From positions 1-64,000 of the forward strand of contig CAJINV010000012.1 in NCBI GenBank assembly GCA_905178155.1: a stretch of 64,000 nt of DNA, written 5' to 3'. Shown here in pieces: positions 27,101 to 37,504 of the stretch. Numbering within the stretch: position 1 is the first letter of the stretch; every line of letters starts with the position of its first letter. A program made the translations under genes and the position numbers. Origin of the DNA: Amoebophrya sp. A120. Its lineage: Eukaryota; Protista; Dinoflagellata. Under the pieces are notes generated by a model. That model saw only the letters and a program-made list of their open reading frames with translations. It ran no database searches and was not told the origin of the DNA.

Positions 27101-28774
27101 ATAGCGACGTCACCAGGACAAGGGTCGAGGTCTTTTGCGGTGGTCCAGCAGTGTGATGAACATGATTGTGATTCTCCTTCGCATCATCAAACCGAAACCG
27201 TCACCGGCCTCGTCAACTCCCTGGAAGCGCAGATCGAAGATTCCATCCTCTGTGCCTTCGGCTTATGACAGTGCACAACTCTCCCTCTCCCTTATTTGCA
27301 TGGCATGAGCAGCAATACAAACGCCAGCACTCCAACTCCTAGAGCCTGCGCATGACAAGTTCACTGGGCGATAGAAGTAGTGCTGTTTGGCCTCTCGAAA
27401 TTTGTCATGCAAACAGTGCCACAGGGCAGCATTTGAATTTGCGGCTTTGCATGACAAATGAGGAGGACGGAATAGTTTACGAGGGGACGCCCAGCCCTTA
27501 GCCTTCCAACATGACAAATGAGGGGGAGGGGGAGTTGTGCACTCTCATACGGCTCCCCGCACCTCCAGGTCCGGGAAGACGAGAGGGTCTGGAAGACGCC
27601 GAAAATCGAGAAACGGTTTCAACGGTGGGCTTTGCTAGTTGGTGCGGCGGTGTTTACCACGTCTGCTGTTGGTAATGGTAAGACTGGTGGAACTGGAACG
27701 AGTGGGGCTGGAGGTGGAGCTACAACTACAGCAATAACGCACTACGCGGGCTCACCATCAAGTACTACATCAACTCCACTTGAAATTACTTGGGAGAAAG
27801 CGAAGCAGCTGTTTGGCTATTTGCAGTTCGGTTTGCTCTTCTTCTTCGATGACCTCCCCGCGTTTCTGACCAGAGTGGACCAAAACCACAGAGGCCGTCG
27901 CGGCGGAACTGGAACTGGAGATCGTGCGACAGGAGCATCAAATAAGCAATCCATTGTTTTCCAGGCGAAGGACTACATTGAGAACGTGGTAAAAGTGAAG
28001 GCGGCAAGAAGGGTGAATGGGAATAAAAAGGAATTGGACGAGATTCTGCGGAAGTTGGACCCGCACGCCCTCACTTCCCACGCGAACGTCTTCACGTTCT
28101 TGCAACCAGTGGCGGCGTATAGGGAGTTTCATAACTTTTTTGGAATCTTCGCAGAAGTCGTATCTTTTGCATCAACCACTCTTCAGTACAACTTTTCTAT
28201 GTAGTTTACAATTGAAGATCATGTTCACGACACGATCTATCGCGCGTAGACGCAGTCAACATCCCACATTTAGAACTAGAACTACCAAAATTGGCAAACA
28301 CAATCAACATCAACAGGTCCACCCTGAAGGCGCACAGATCGGGGCGGCTCTACCGTCAGGCCTTGAACCGCTACCACCACGTCATTGACCCGGCGGTGGG
28401 GGTCTTGAAAAACTTATGGCGTTCTCAAACGTTACATTTTCAACTGTTACATGGATTTGTCATGCAAAAGTGCCTTCAGCCGGCAGATGATCGAGCTGCT
28501 TCGCATGACAAATGTCGGAAGGGATAAACAGCATCTAAATCTGCGCCAATCTTGTAATGCAAAAGGCGCAATCTTCCTCCTTTCACTTTTGCCAGTCTTG
28601 CATGACAAATTCATGTAACAGTTGAGAATGTAACAGTTGAGAACGCCATAAAACTGGGCGGAAGTTTGCGACTACATGGCCGAAAAGGGGATTGCGAAGT
28701 CGGCTTTTCAAAGAAAACAGCTGTACGATGTGGAGTTTGATTTGGTGAAAGTGATCGGAGGACGAGCAGGCTGA
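21193..28774 (+). CDS. Large hypothetical protein (~1800 aa) joining ORFs 21085, 22279, 24787, 26447, 27518, 28291
   Basis: Continuous frame after removing 7 introners and GT-AG intron 22005-22173; one further intron near 28160-28316 not resolved; apparent stops at 24360, 25857 and 27268 lie inside elements. Confidence 0.65.
21581..21856. mobile_element. Introner family B
   Basis: TATCGAGTGCAAATATGTCTGGGTCTGG...TTTGCACTTGATA; DR ATTCG/ACTCG. Confidence 0.9.
24349..24626. mobile_element. Introner family H
   Basis: TATCCTGAGTAAAAACGTACCCACACCAGAG...CTCTGGTGTGGGTACGCTTTTCCTCAGGATA; DR AGCTG/GGCTG. Confidence 0.9.
24679..24831. mobile_element. Introner family A
   Basis: TATGAACTGCAAAAGTATCG...CGATACTTTTGCACGGGATA; DR CGGCC/CGGCC. 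Confidence 0.92.
25829..26141. mobile_element. Introner family C
   Basis: TATGGGAGCGTCAGGATCGAAATCG...CGATTTCGATCGAGCCACCTCCATA; DR GATCC/GATCC. Confidence 0.9.
26196..26458. mobile_element. Introner family B
   Basis: TATCAAATGCAAATATGTCTGGGTCTGGA...ACATTTGCAATCCATA; DR TTGCT/TTGCT. Confidence 0.92.
27264..27549. mobile_element. Introner family G
   Basis: TATGACAGTGCACAACTC...GAGTTGTGCACTCTCATA; DR CGGCT/CGGCT. Confidence 0.92.
28415..28650. mobile_element. Introner family D
   Basis: TATGGCGTTCTCAAAC...GTTGAGAACGCCATA; DR AAACT/AAACT. Confidence 0.92.
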
Positions 28775-29046
28775 AGTGCACTGGAAGCGGCTTTGAGAAT
28801 ACAGTAGCTTCATGGGCTCGATGAACGTACAAAAAGAATCTTCAGTACGAAGAGAATATAAATGTCTAATTTGAGACGCTCTTTCAGGCTGAAGAAACTT
28901 ATTAAAAGCTCTAGCTCATCAGAGAATACAAAAAGTAGACAGGTGGAGCCCAGCGAAAATACACATCGTATGTAGTTGGAACTCGCGGTCGCGTACCGTA
29001 GCTCCGTTTGTGCTAATACAAGACACGTCGAGCGCTTTGCAAGTTT

Positions 29047-31090
29047 TTAGACTGGTGTGGAATGCAAAATCATCATCAAGTAAGTGCATGTAGAAAAGAA
29101 TGCGCGACGGAGATCAAACCGAAGTCTGTTGCTTCTGTGTTGGCGTAGAGGGATGCCGCGCTGGCCCTGACCCGGTACATCGGAAGACTGCTGGACGATT
29201 CGAAGACCCGAAGCGGTGCCATTCGGGAGGCCTCCGCCGCTGCCCGTGCTTGGGTGCTCTTGAACCTGCCGCGCGTCGCGCAGCCGGGTGCTGGTCCTGA
29301 CGCCCGGGGCCTTGCCGCGCGGGCCCCGCTTGATCAGTGGCCCCAGTGTGTCGAAGCGGGTTCTATTGGTGGAGGCGGGATAGAGCTCCGCGCCCTGGCG
29401 GAGGGCCGTCGTTTTTCTCCGTTGTTTTCTTGGGGGGTTGGGCAAAATTATCGGCGGTCCTGCCGGCCCCGCTTCGTGCCTAGCCTTCCGCACCCCCGAA
29501 GTAGGGACGCGAGCGCCCAAAAGTGGCAGCGCCTTCGTGCCGCGCCACCAGTTAGCCGGCACTAATGGCGCCCCCGTCCGCGGCCGTGCGCGACCCACTG
29601 GGCCCCTACGCGTACAAAAAGAAACGCCGGGGCGCGGCGGATGGCCGGCTGGCACATGGCAAGGCAGGCGGGAGGGGAGGAGAGCGGGCGGGGGGAGAGG
29701 GCCCAGCAAATGCCGTCGCTGCATTCTGCGCGCCGCTTTGGCTGTGGGCCGGCGATGCCCACTATTGGGGCTCCGCCGCTTGCGCCGAGCCAGCGAGCAC
29801 CCCAGGCGCGCGCCATTTGCGCCGTGTTTCTATTCCGGCCGGCGGGCCGCCCCTTTGCAGCAAGGCGGAAAAGTACGCGCAAAGATGCCGGCGGTTGGCA
29901 AAATTTTTGCCAGGGCCCGGCGTTGTGTGCGTTTCGGCGCGTATTCTATCTTTGCGCCCGGGGCCCGCGCGTCGGCAGCCTTCAGGGAGTTGGAAGAGCG
30001 CAAGGACTTGGGGGGCCGAATTGGGCCCGATTCGGCCGGGCGGGCGCGTGCCGCCCGGCCGGGCGCATATTGCTGTGGCGCATAGATAGGAGGGGGGCAA
30101 GCCTCTCGCGGGTGGCCGTGCGTTGCTTCGTTCTTTTGCTGGTACGCAGACGCCGCCGCCATTACCCGACGCCGGCCGGCCCCATGCATTGAGCAACCTT
30201 GTGACGCCCGCCCTGCTTGGTGGTTTCCCCAATATGGCGGCGCGGCCGCAGAAAATCGCGGAGGCCGCCCGCGAATTCCGCAGCCCCGACAGCGTATCGC
30301 CCTAGGTGCCCCAATTGGGGCAAGAAGAGAAGAAAGGGGGCAAAAGGTTGAAGGAGAAGGGGCCCAGCGTGCGCCGGGTCAGCATGCACGCCTGCCAGCA
30401 ACCGCCCCCCCGGCCCGGCTGGGCAGGGCTCGGGCTACGCATTCCAGCGGGGGCCCACCGCGGCGCGCGGGCGGCCGTGCGCCGAGAAGCACCAGACGGG
30501 TCTACGAATCAACCCAACCGAAGCGGGGCCGCACAACTCGGAGCGCCCGCGTCCGACCCGCGCCGATGGATGGCGCTACTTACTGCCTGGGCGAAAATAC
30601 GGCCCCGGGGGAATGTTCCAAGATTCCCGGCCCGCGGCCCGGGGCAGTGTGGGCCGCTCGCCGTTGCATTTTCCTGAGAGAGGCCGCAGGCCGAGCCCCC
30701 GCCCGCGCGCCCGCCAGGGTGCCGGCGCCGGTTTGTCTGGGCGGCGCCTCCCAGGGTTTGGCGCAAGATGTTGCTTTCCGAAAACAACAACCCGCCCAGG
30801 GTTGCATCAAAGCGAAAACTTCGCTGTGATGCAACACGGCCGCGGCACCCGACAGGCGCCCTCGTGCCAGTCTGGCGCGAACGGATCGACTTCTTTGCCC
30901 CGACCTGGCGCGGAAGTGGCCGCCATTACCTCCGTGTGCGAACGCTGGGCCGCATGTGCGCCCGCGGCTTTCATTTTCTTACAGAAATTGAGATGCCTCC
31001 GCGCCCGAGCGAAGTTGGCTTGTGGCAACATTATTGGACGACGATGGGATAATTGGTTGCGGAGCCGTGTGCTCGTGTTCAGGTGAAGGC
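29047..31090. mobile_element. GC-rich intergenic block, probable transposon relic
   Basis: Very GC-rich, no credible ORF; left edge TTAGACTGG resembles TTAGACCAG terminus of the 33452 element; right terminus not found. Confidence 0.4.
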
Positions 31091-31392
31091 GTAGTCTTTC
31101 TAAGAATTATTCTCACGACCATATCGCTATCTCGGCAGGACAAATGGCCCTGGCTTTCCGTATGATCAACGTTACTCAATAGCTGTAGGGCTGCTGACCG
31201 CTAGTGGGGACAAGTAAAGGAGCTGCAGCAGAGAACTCAGAAATAAATTCGAGCGCTGATCTTCTATACTTTACCTACTTTTTTTTGTCTTATGTGAAAA
31301 TACTCATCACGCGCACAATCAGGCCCAAGCTCCGTTTCTACTAGAACAACGACTACAAAAACACTCAAGCTAAGAAACGCGACAAGCTAAAG

Positions 31393-32277
31393 ATGTCGTC
31401 CGACAACATGAAAACGATCTTCGAGTCACGTTTCACTATCGCAAACACCTCTTTGCATTCCGTCGTAGCCTTCCACCAAAATGACGTCGTCGCGGCGTTT
31501 CCGCAACTCGCCCCACCCCTCACGCCGGTGGAATTCGAACCTCCCCTCGTGCACAAAATGGAAGAAAACGCTCTGTTGAAGTTCACGCTCTGGATCGGTT
31601 ACTGTCTCCTCCCCGTGCGCTGGGTGGCGAGGCATTTCGAAGTTTCGGAGAACGGGTTCACGGACGAGGTGGTGAGAGGGCCCGTGAAATACTGGAGACA
31701 CCGGCACGCGTTTCGGGTGGTGGATAAAGTTGGTAGCGGACAGCGGGGAGATCCGTCAGTTCCAATTGCTCCTTCATCCGCACGCGCATCACAAATCGTG
31801 GAAGTGCACGACAAGATTGAGTACGAGCATTTTCTATGAAATGTAAAGATGTCTGGGTCTGGTGGAAGAATGCAACTTGTGATGCTGAATTTGCATTCCA
31901 GAAAAATCTGTATTGCATGAGCAGCAAAGGGAATGCAATTTTTGCTACGCGGAGAGGGCATTTGTCATGCGGAATAGGCATCGCGAAGCCCTCAAAAAAC
32001 CTGCGTTGCTAGGGCATGCATCACAGACATCATGGCCAATGCAAAACATGCATGACAGGTCTCAGAATCTTCCAGACCCAGACACTTTTACACTTGATAT
32101 TTTCCGTTGCTCTCCTACGAGGGAATTGTGGGAAGGTTGCTGATCAACAGAGTGAGCCTGTTCATGCTGTTCAAGTGGCGCGGGTATGCGACGAGACGGG
32201 CGATTTTAGACGTTGAAGGAGATATTCACCACGGAAATGAATCAGCACTGGAGAAGCCGTTGCTTGCGAAGAAGTGA
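31393..32277 (+). CDS. SRPBCC (START-like/polyketide cyclase) family protein, 2 exons
   Basis: FTDEVVRGPVKYWRHRHAF, HDKIEYEHF|PLLSYEGIVGRLL...MLFKWRGYATR after removing 31835-32099. Confidence 0.7.
31835..32099. mobile_element. Introner family B
   Basis: TATGAAATGTAAAGATGTCTGGGTCTGG...CCAGACCCAGACACTTTTACACTTGATA; DR TTTTC/TTTTC. Confidence 0.92.
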
Positions 32278-33044
32278 TTTGGAATTGGATCTGTGCCGCG
32301 AAGGCTGTGATGTCGGATAAAAAGCTTAAGTGTGCGTACTCCGCTGCTGCAGGATGATGATCAATTTGATTCTTCATTATTTCTTCGACCTCCGCAGGAT
32401 CATATGGACAGGTTCATTCACAGGTGAGAAAGAACGGAAGTGATGAGCTTGAGCGTTCATCTCGAATTTGAACTTATCTTGGGATCCGAGGTGGTGAAGA
32501 TCTTGATATTAGACCACAAGCACAACAACTGAAGACCAAGATGACTCCAATGAACATTTGGTTTTGGATGAGTGCCAAGTTTCAACAACAACTTCTCCTA
32601 AGGACCTCGACTAAGACCCGACGACCGCCACTGACGCAAAGACTTTGTCAGGAAAAACGGGAAGAAGTGTTCGCTTTTTCGCTGATCTAGAGTAGATCTT
32701 TCTCTTCATTTGCGCACTAGTCATGTAGTTTCGTGCTCTCCTTCCAGTATTTACGGCTTCTACTTCCCTCTATATTTTTCTGTCGTAAAAATATTTTTAC
32801 CGTTCCTGGCTTTGGCAACTCGTCAGACAATCGGTTTTTTGTAGTAAGTAATAACATATCGCTCGCTACTTCCGCTGCGCGAGGACACGGGCCGCCGCGA
32901 GCAGCACTTGAAGAGGGAACAAAGCCAGCTCATAGTAAAACCCAGCTCCTCGTCGACCACATGCCACCTGGCCACATAACTAAGCAGAAGGAGCTCCGCC
33001 ACCTGCAGCTGCAACCCACGCTCACAACTTCCCCAGTAAATAAA

Positions 33045-36000
33045 ATGTCGTCCTCCTCGAGCACGAGTCGTTTTGATAGCGGCGACAAAGCCTGCTCACC
33101 GTGCGCAGCGACCATGGACACAAGAACGACAGGCAGAGTAAACACTACACCCGCCAAACAAACTAGATCAACAACACCAAGAAAAATAAGAAAAGCGCCC
33201 TCAGCTGGTGCAGCTACATCTTCTCCCACTAGTACCCGAAAGAAACTCCTGACGACAGCGGCCGGACTTTTTTTCTCCACCACGGCAGGCACAACCGCCG
33301 CCCCGGCGAAAGCACCTGGTGCGGGTCCAACGGAGGGAATCAACAGCCGCATTCTGATGATTCCAGACATTCACGGCGACTACGAATTGATGCAGCAAGC
33401 GCTGAGCTTCGTCTACCCAATAGACAAAGACCACGATCAGTTGATATTTACTTAGACCAGAAAATCGGAAGAAGTACATACTTTTTCGCGCACCCGCTTG
33501 CATGACGGGCCGCTATCGTTTCGCTTCGGGGGCGGCGGGGTGCCCCGACAGTACACCCGGCCCGAGGGCCTCGCTGCGCCATGCAGCGGCTCGGGCGTTG
33601 TGGCTTGCCAAAGAGAACCGGGGCGGCCTCCCGACCTCGAAGCCCGCCAGGAGCGAGAAACGCCGCCCCACCAAGCGGCCTCCCCGCGAGCCCGTCCCGG
33701 TCGGGCCGGTGCGGCGCCGCCATGTTTTTTGCCGGATGCGCATGGGCCTGCTCGCCGTACCGGAGGGGCCGGCCCTCGAAGCAGTAGGGCGCGCGCCCCT
33801 GAGGTGGGGCCTGCTTCGGCCCCAACAGCAGCCGCCCCACAATTGGGGGGCCGGGAAGGGGGGCCCGGAAGGCGCGCGGGCCCCCCCTTCTGGAGGGGGG
33901 GTAAAAAGGGGGCCGAATTGGCCCAATTCTGCCGCCTTTTTTAGGGGGGGGCAAAAAATGGCCTTCCCCCGCTACTACAGGGGGGGGGCAAAATGGCCCA
34001 GAAGCGGGCACATTTTACCCCCCCTCAAAAAGGGGGGCGAATTGGGCCAATTCGGCCCCCCTTTTCCCCCCCCCTCCGGAAGGGGGAGGCGCGCGTGCCT
34101 CTTGGGGGGCCTGCAGTTCACCCGCCGGCCGGGGCCCCGGAAGGGAAAAGGCGCGCCAGGCCGCGGCCAAAGCAAGAGCTTTTCCGTGCCCGGAAGGGCT
34201 TCGCGTTGGGGCCCCGGGATGCGCGCCGCGTCGGTTGTGTGTCCCCGACGTGGGCCCAGCTCGGGGGCGGGTGGCGGGGTGTTGGCTGCGTGCCGTCGCC
34301 TTCCTATCTACGCCAAGCCGACCCGCCCCGGCCCCGGCCGCGCAGCCGCAATGCCGGGGGCTAATTTTTCCGGGATAAAACAACCCGGAACGCGGTCGCG
34401 CCTTCGCACCCCCCAACCTCATTCAGGCCGCGACCCCCATTGCAACGGGATACGCAAAAAAACATGTACTTCTTCCGATTTTCTGGTCTAATTTACCGGG
34501 GATTTCGTCGACCGCGGACCGCAACCGCGGGAGTGCTACGAATTATCGCAAGTTTTAGCGGATAACTACAACGTAACCAGGCTAACGGGTAACCACGAGT
34601 GGGTCACGATACAGGGGGTCGGGCAGTACTGCACGAGATTTTTTTGTTGTTTTGCTTTATTTAATGGAGGCAACGTAAAACACTGTGATTTGCGTAAATT
34701 GATAAATTTGAATTTCATTCTTGCTACTTCTCGTTCGGGTTTGGCACGACAAATTCATATTGAACTCAGATGTTGATTACAAGCAAACCAATACCAGACA
34801 CGACCCATTTGCCATGTACGTTCCTGAAGAAGATTTGAAGAGCTTTGGAACCTGGCCAGAGAGATATGACAGCCTCAGGTTGGAAATCCTCAAAGTGCAA
34901 ATAATTTGTAATGCAAAAAAACGACTCCAGTTGAAGCGCCATTTGTAGTCGGCGCATGACAAATTTCCTGGGCCCTTAAAGCATGTCTGTCATGCAGGTT
35001 AAGGCAAAGGGCTGCGCTTCTGTCGTGCTAAGCAGCACTCCAATTCTTGACCCCTAGCAGGACAATAGTCGGCCTTTATTGTGTCCTCTGCAAAACAGTC
35101 TTTTTGAGTCGTATTTCATGCATCACAAATCATTTCCAATTTGAGGATTTCCATTCTGAGGCTTTCATAAGAGACAGCACGCTTTTTCAAAGGACGGGCA
35201 TTTCGGCAAAATGATTCGCCGCAAGTTCGATGTGATAGCGGTATAGAATAAAGTTCTGCTTCTAGAACCCTTGTGGTAACTTTTGCTACGCACTTCTCTT
35301 GCTTGGTTAGACTCATGATTACGTTTCTCGCACTACGTTCATCATCTCTGCATCACAAAAATCACGCTGAAAATAAAACACCAGCTTCTCGGCATCGACT
35401 CCGACCCGATGAGCAAAACTCTATTTGTGCACGCCGGGATAAGCATCCGAACGATGCAGCAATGGGGCACCGTCGAGGCAATCAAAAAAGCGGGCCGGGA
35501 GATGCTCCAGAGTGACTACCTGGACACTGTTTTGCTCAACGAAATTTTGCAAACGCGGCATCTCGCGCAAGGCCCGGACAGCCGCGTGTGCATGGAGGTG
35601 AGACAAATTTTGAAGGTTGCGAAGGCGGAAAGGCTTGTCGTTGGGCACACGTATGCATGGCAAATATGTCTGGGTCCTCTGGAAAGAACTTGGGGTTGTG
35701 ATGCTGGTTTGAGAGGAAAGACAGGATCGGCACCTCATGTGGTTGCCAAGTATGACAAATTTTGGCGATGTTGCCACGGTGTTGTCGAATCTGCATGACA
35801 AACTTGGCTTTTGCATGACAAAAAAGTGGGGCTACTTTTGGGGACCCCGCATGACAACCTACGTGAGAGTCAAATGTTAGCGGTGCATGCCAAACCATGA
35901 AAATTTTTCCAGACTACCCAGACATATTTGCAATGCATACCACGCCAACGCCGCTGATCGGTGGGCAGCCGGGGGAACCGATCGTGAAGTACTTCTACAG

Positions 36001-36643
36001 AGCTACTCTTGTCATCATGTTTTTCAAAATTTCTGTCTCAAGTGAGTGACGCACTGCATGACAGAACTGCATTGTATTGCTAATGTTCGCATGACAAAAT
36101 CAAAAATCACTATCAGGTGCAAAGGCCGCTTTATCCTGATGGATGTTGCGATGTCCAGGTGGATGGGCGGCGGCATGCCTATGGAAGCGTCAGGTTTGAA
36201 ATCGACAAAGCTGAAACGATTTGGCATGCATAAAATGCAAGGCATGAAATGCCTGTCTTGCCGGGATGGCAAGTGAGGCCGACTGTCAGCCTGTTTAGGG
36301 TTTGGAATAGAGCTGCTAAAGTAGCATGACAAAAGCAATCGCCTGTGCCCAAACAGAATGACAAATTGGATTCCGGCGCTCGGAAAATTTGTCATGCACC
36401 GCTTATAAATTGGGTTTCCAACTGGTATCGATTTTATGCATTACAAGTTATTTCAACTTTGACGATTTCAATCCTGACGCTTCCATAATGCCCGCAGCTT
36501 TGATCATCGAGACAGATGCGAATACCGGGAAGTTAAGCCGGGTCTTCTACAAAATCAAGGCGGGGGAAGAGCACGATGTGCCGCTGCCAGAAACGTCGCT
36601 GCAAGACACCAAGGATGGCGACGACTTGCGGCAGGAGTTGTAG
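33045..36643 (+). CDS. Shewanella-like protein phosphatase (calcineurin-like metallophosphoesterase)
   Basis: DIHGD, FT|GDFVDRGP, GNHE, FVHAGI, VVGHT|P, DVAMSR motifs in order; 4 TIR elements, GT-AG introns 35241-35384 and 35989-36116, one degenerate intron ~34630-34814; start uncertain (32961 possible). Confidence 0.85.
33452..34491. mobile_element. 1040-bp GC-rich TIR element inside the phosphatase gene
   Basis: 28-bp perfect TIR TTAGACCAGAAAATCGGAAGAAGTACAT / ATGTACTTCTTCCGATTTTCTGGTCTAA; DR TTTAC/TTTAC. Confidence 0.93.
34865..35169. mobile_element. Introner family C
   Basis: TATGACAGCCTCAGGTTGGAAATCCTCAAA...TTTGAGGATTTCCATTCTGAGGCTTTCATA; DR AGAGA/AGAGA. Confidence 0.92.
35652..35939. 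mobile_element. Introner family B-like
   Basis: TATGCATGGCAAATATGTCTGGG...CCCAGACATATTTGCAATGCATA; DR ACACG/CCACG. Confidence 0.9.
36180..36487. mobile_element. Introner family C (reverse orientation)
   Basis: TATGGAAGCGTCAGGTTTGAAATCG...CGATTTCAATCCTGACGCTTCCATA; DR ATGCC/ATGCC. Confidence 0.93.
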
Positions 36644-37504
36644 TCGATGTAGTCTGCAAGGCAGTTTGTTTTCCTGTCTGACTTCCTTCAACAGGCACAT
36701 CTTCATACCCAAAGTAAATGCTTAATACACTAGTTTAGCAACGAACCTGCATGACATGGAAAGTGAATACCCACTTTGCAACATGATGCTCATTTTCGAT
36801 GTTGAGTAGAGATCCCCACAGCATACCTCGACATAGCAAAGCTGCCCGTGCAATGTCAGGGCAAATTTTCTAAAACGTCGTGGTCACGATAACTACTTAC
36901 ATTTTTTTAAGGCAACCTACAGACATCTGAAACTTGTCTTGACGTTTCCTAGAATTTTTCCAGACGCATCTCGGTCATGCACCGCCAACAGGCTACCAGG
37001 TTGACAGCTAATAGATACTACTTTGATTTTTGAACTGGGACAAGTCAGACTTGTTTATCAAAATCGCATGTGAGGCTTGAAGTTGAAGACAACCAATACG
37101 AACGCAACTGAATGAGAAAGCGTAGAAAACGAAAAGCGGCAATTGCCTAGCAGAGCGCTTGACATTTGCTCTATTCCGGCGAACAAATTGCTTTCTCATC
37201 TGCGAGGGCACTAATTGCATCAGCATAGCGACCCCATTTTTTTCCCTCAGTGCTGCTGCTGGTGTTGAGTTTTTTCCGCGTAATATGAAACGGCACTTGT
37301 GCCCACAGCTCGTACATGTTTTAGCTTGTATCCTACGAGCGCAGGGTGCCAGTAGCTCGGCTAAAAGCACCACGCGAACTATCAGTAAGTGTAAAGCTAA
37401 GGACGTAGCCGCAGAACAATAAACGCTAGTAACACGACAGAGGCAGAGCCACTAGCTTCATCTATTCCAATAGATACGCATTAAAAGGAGTTCCTATCCA
37501 CTTC

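Noticed and set aside
29047-31090. Many overlapping Arg/Gly/Pro/Ala-rich ORFs in GC-rich blocks (also 16800-17600, 33500-34490, 40500-44200)
   Set aside because: Expected from high GC; no transposase or other domain motifs.
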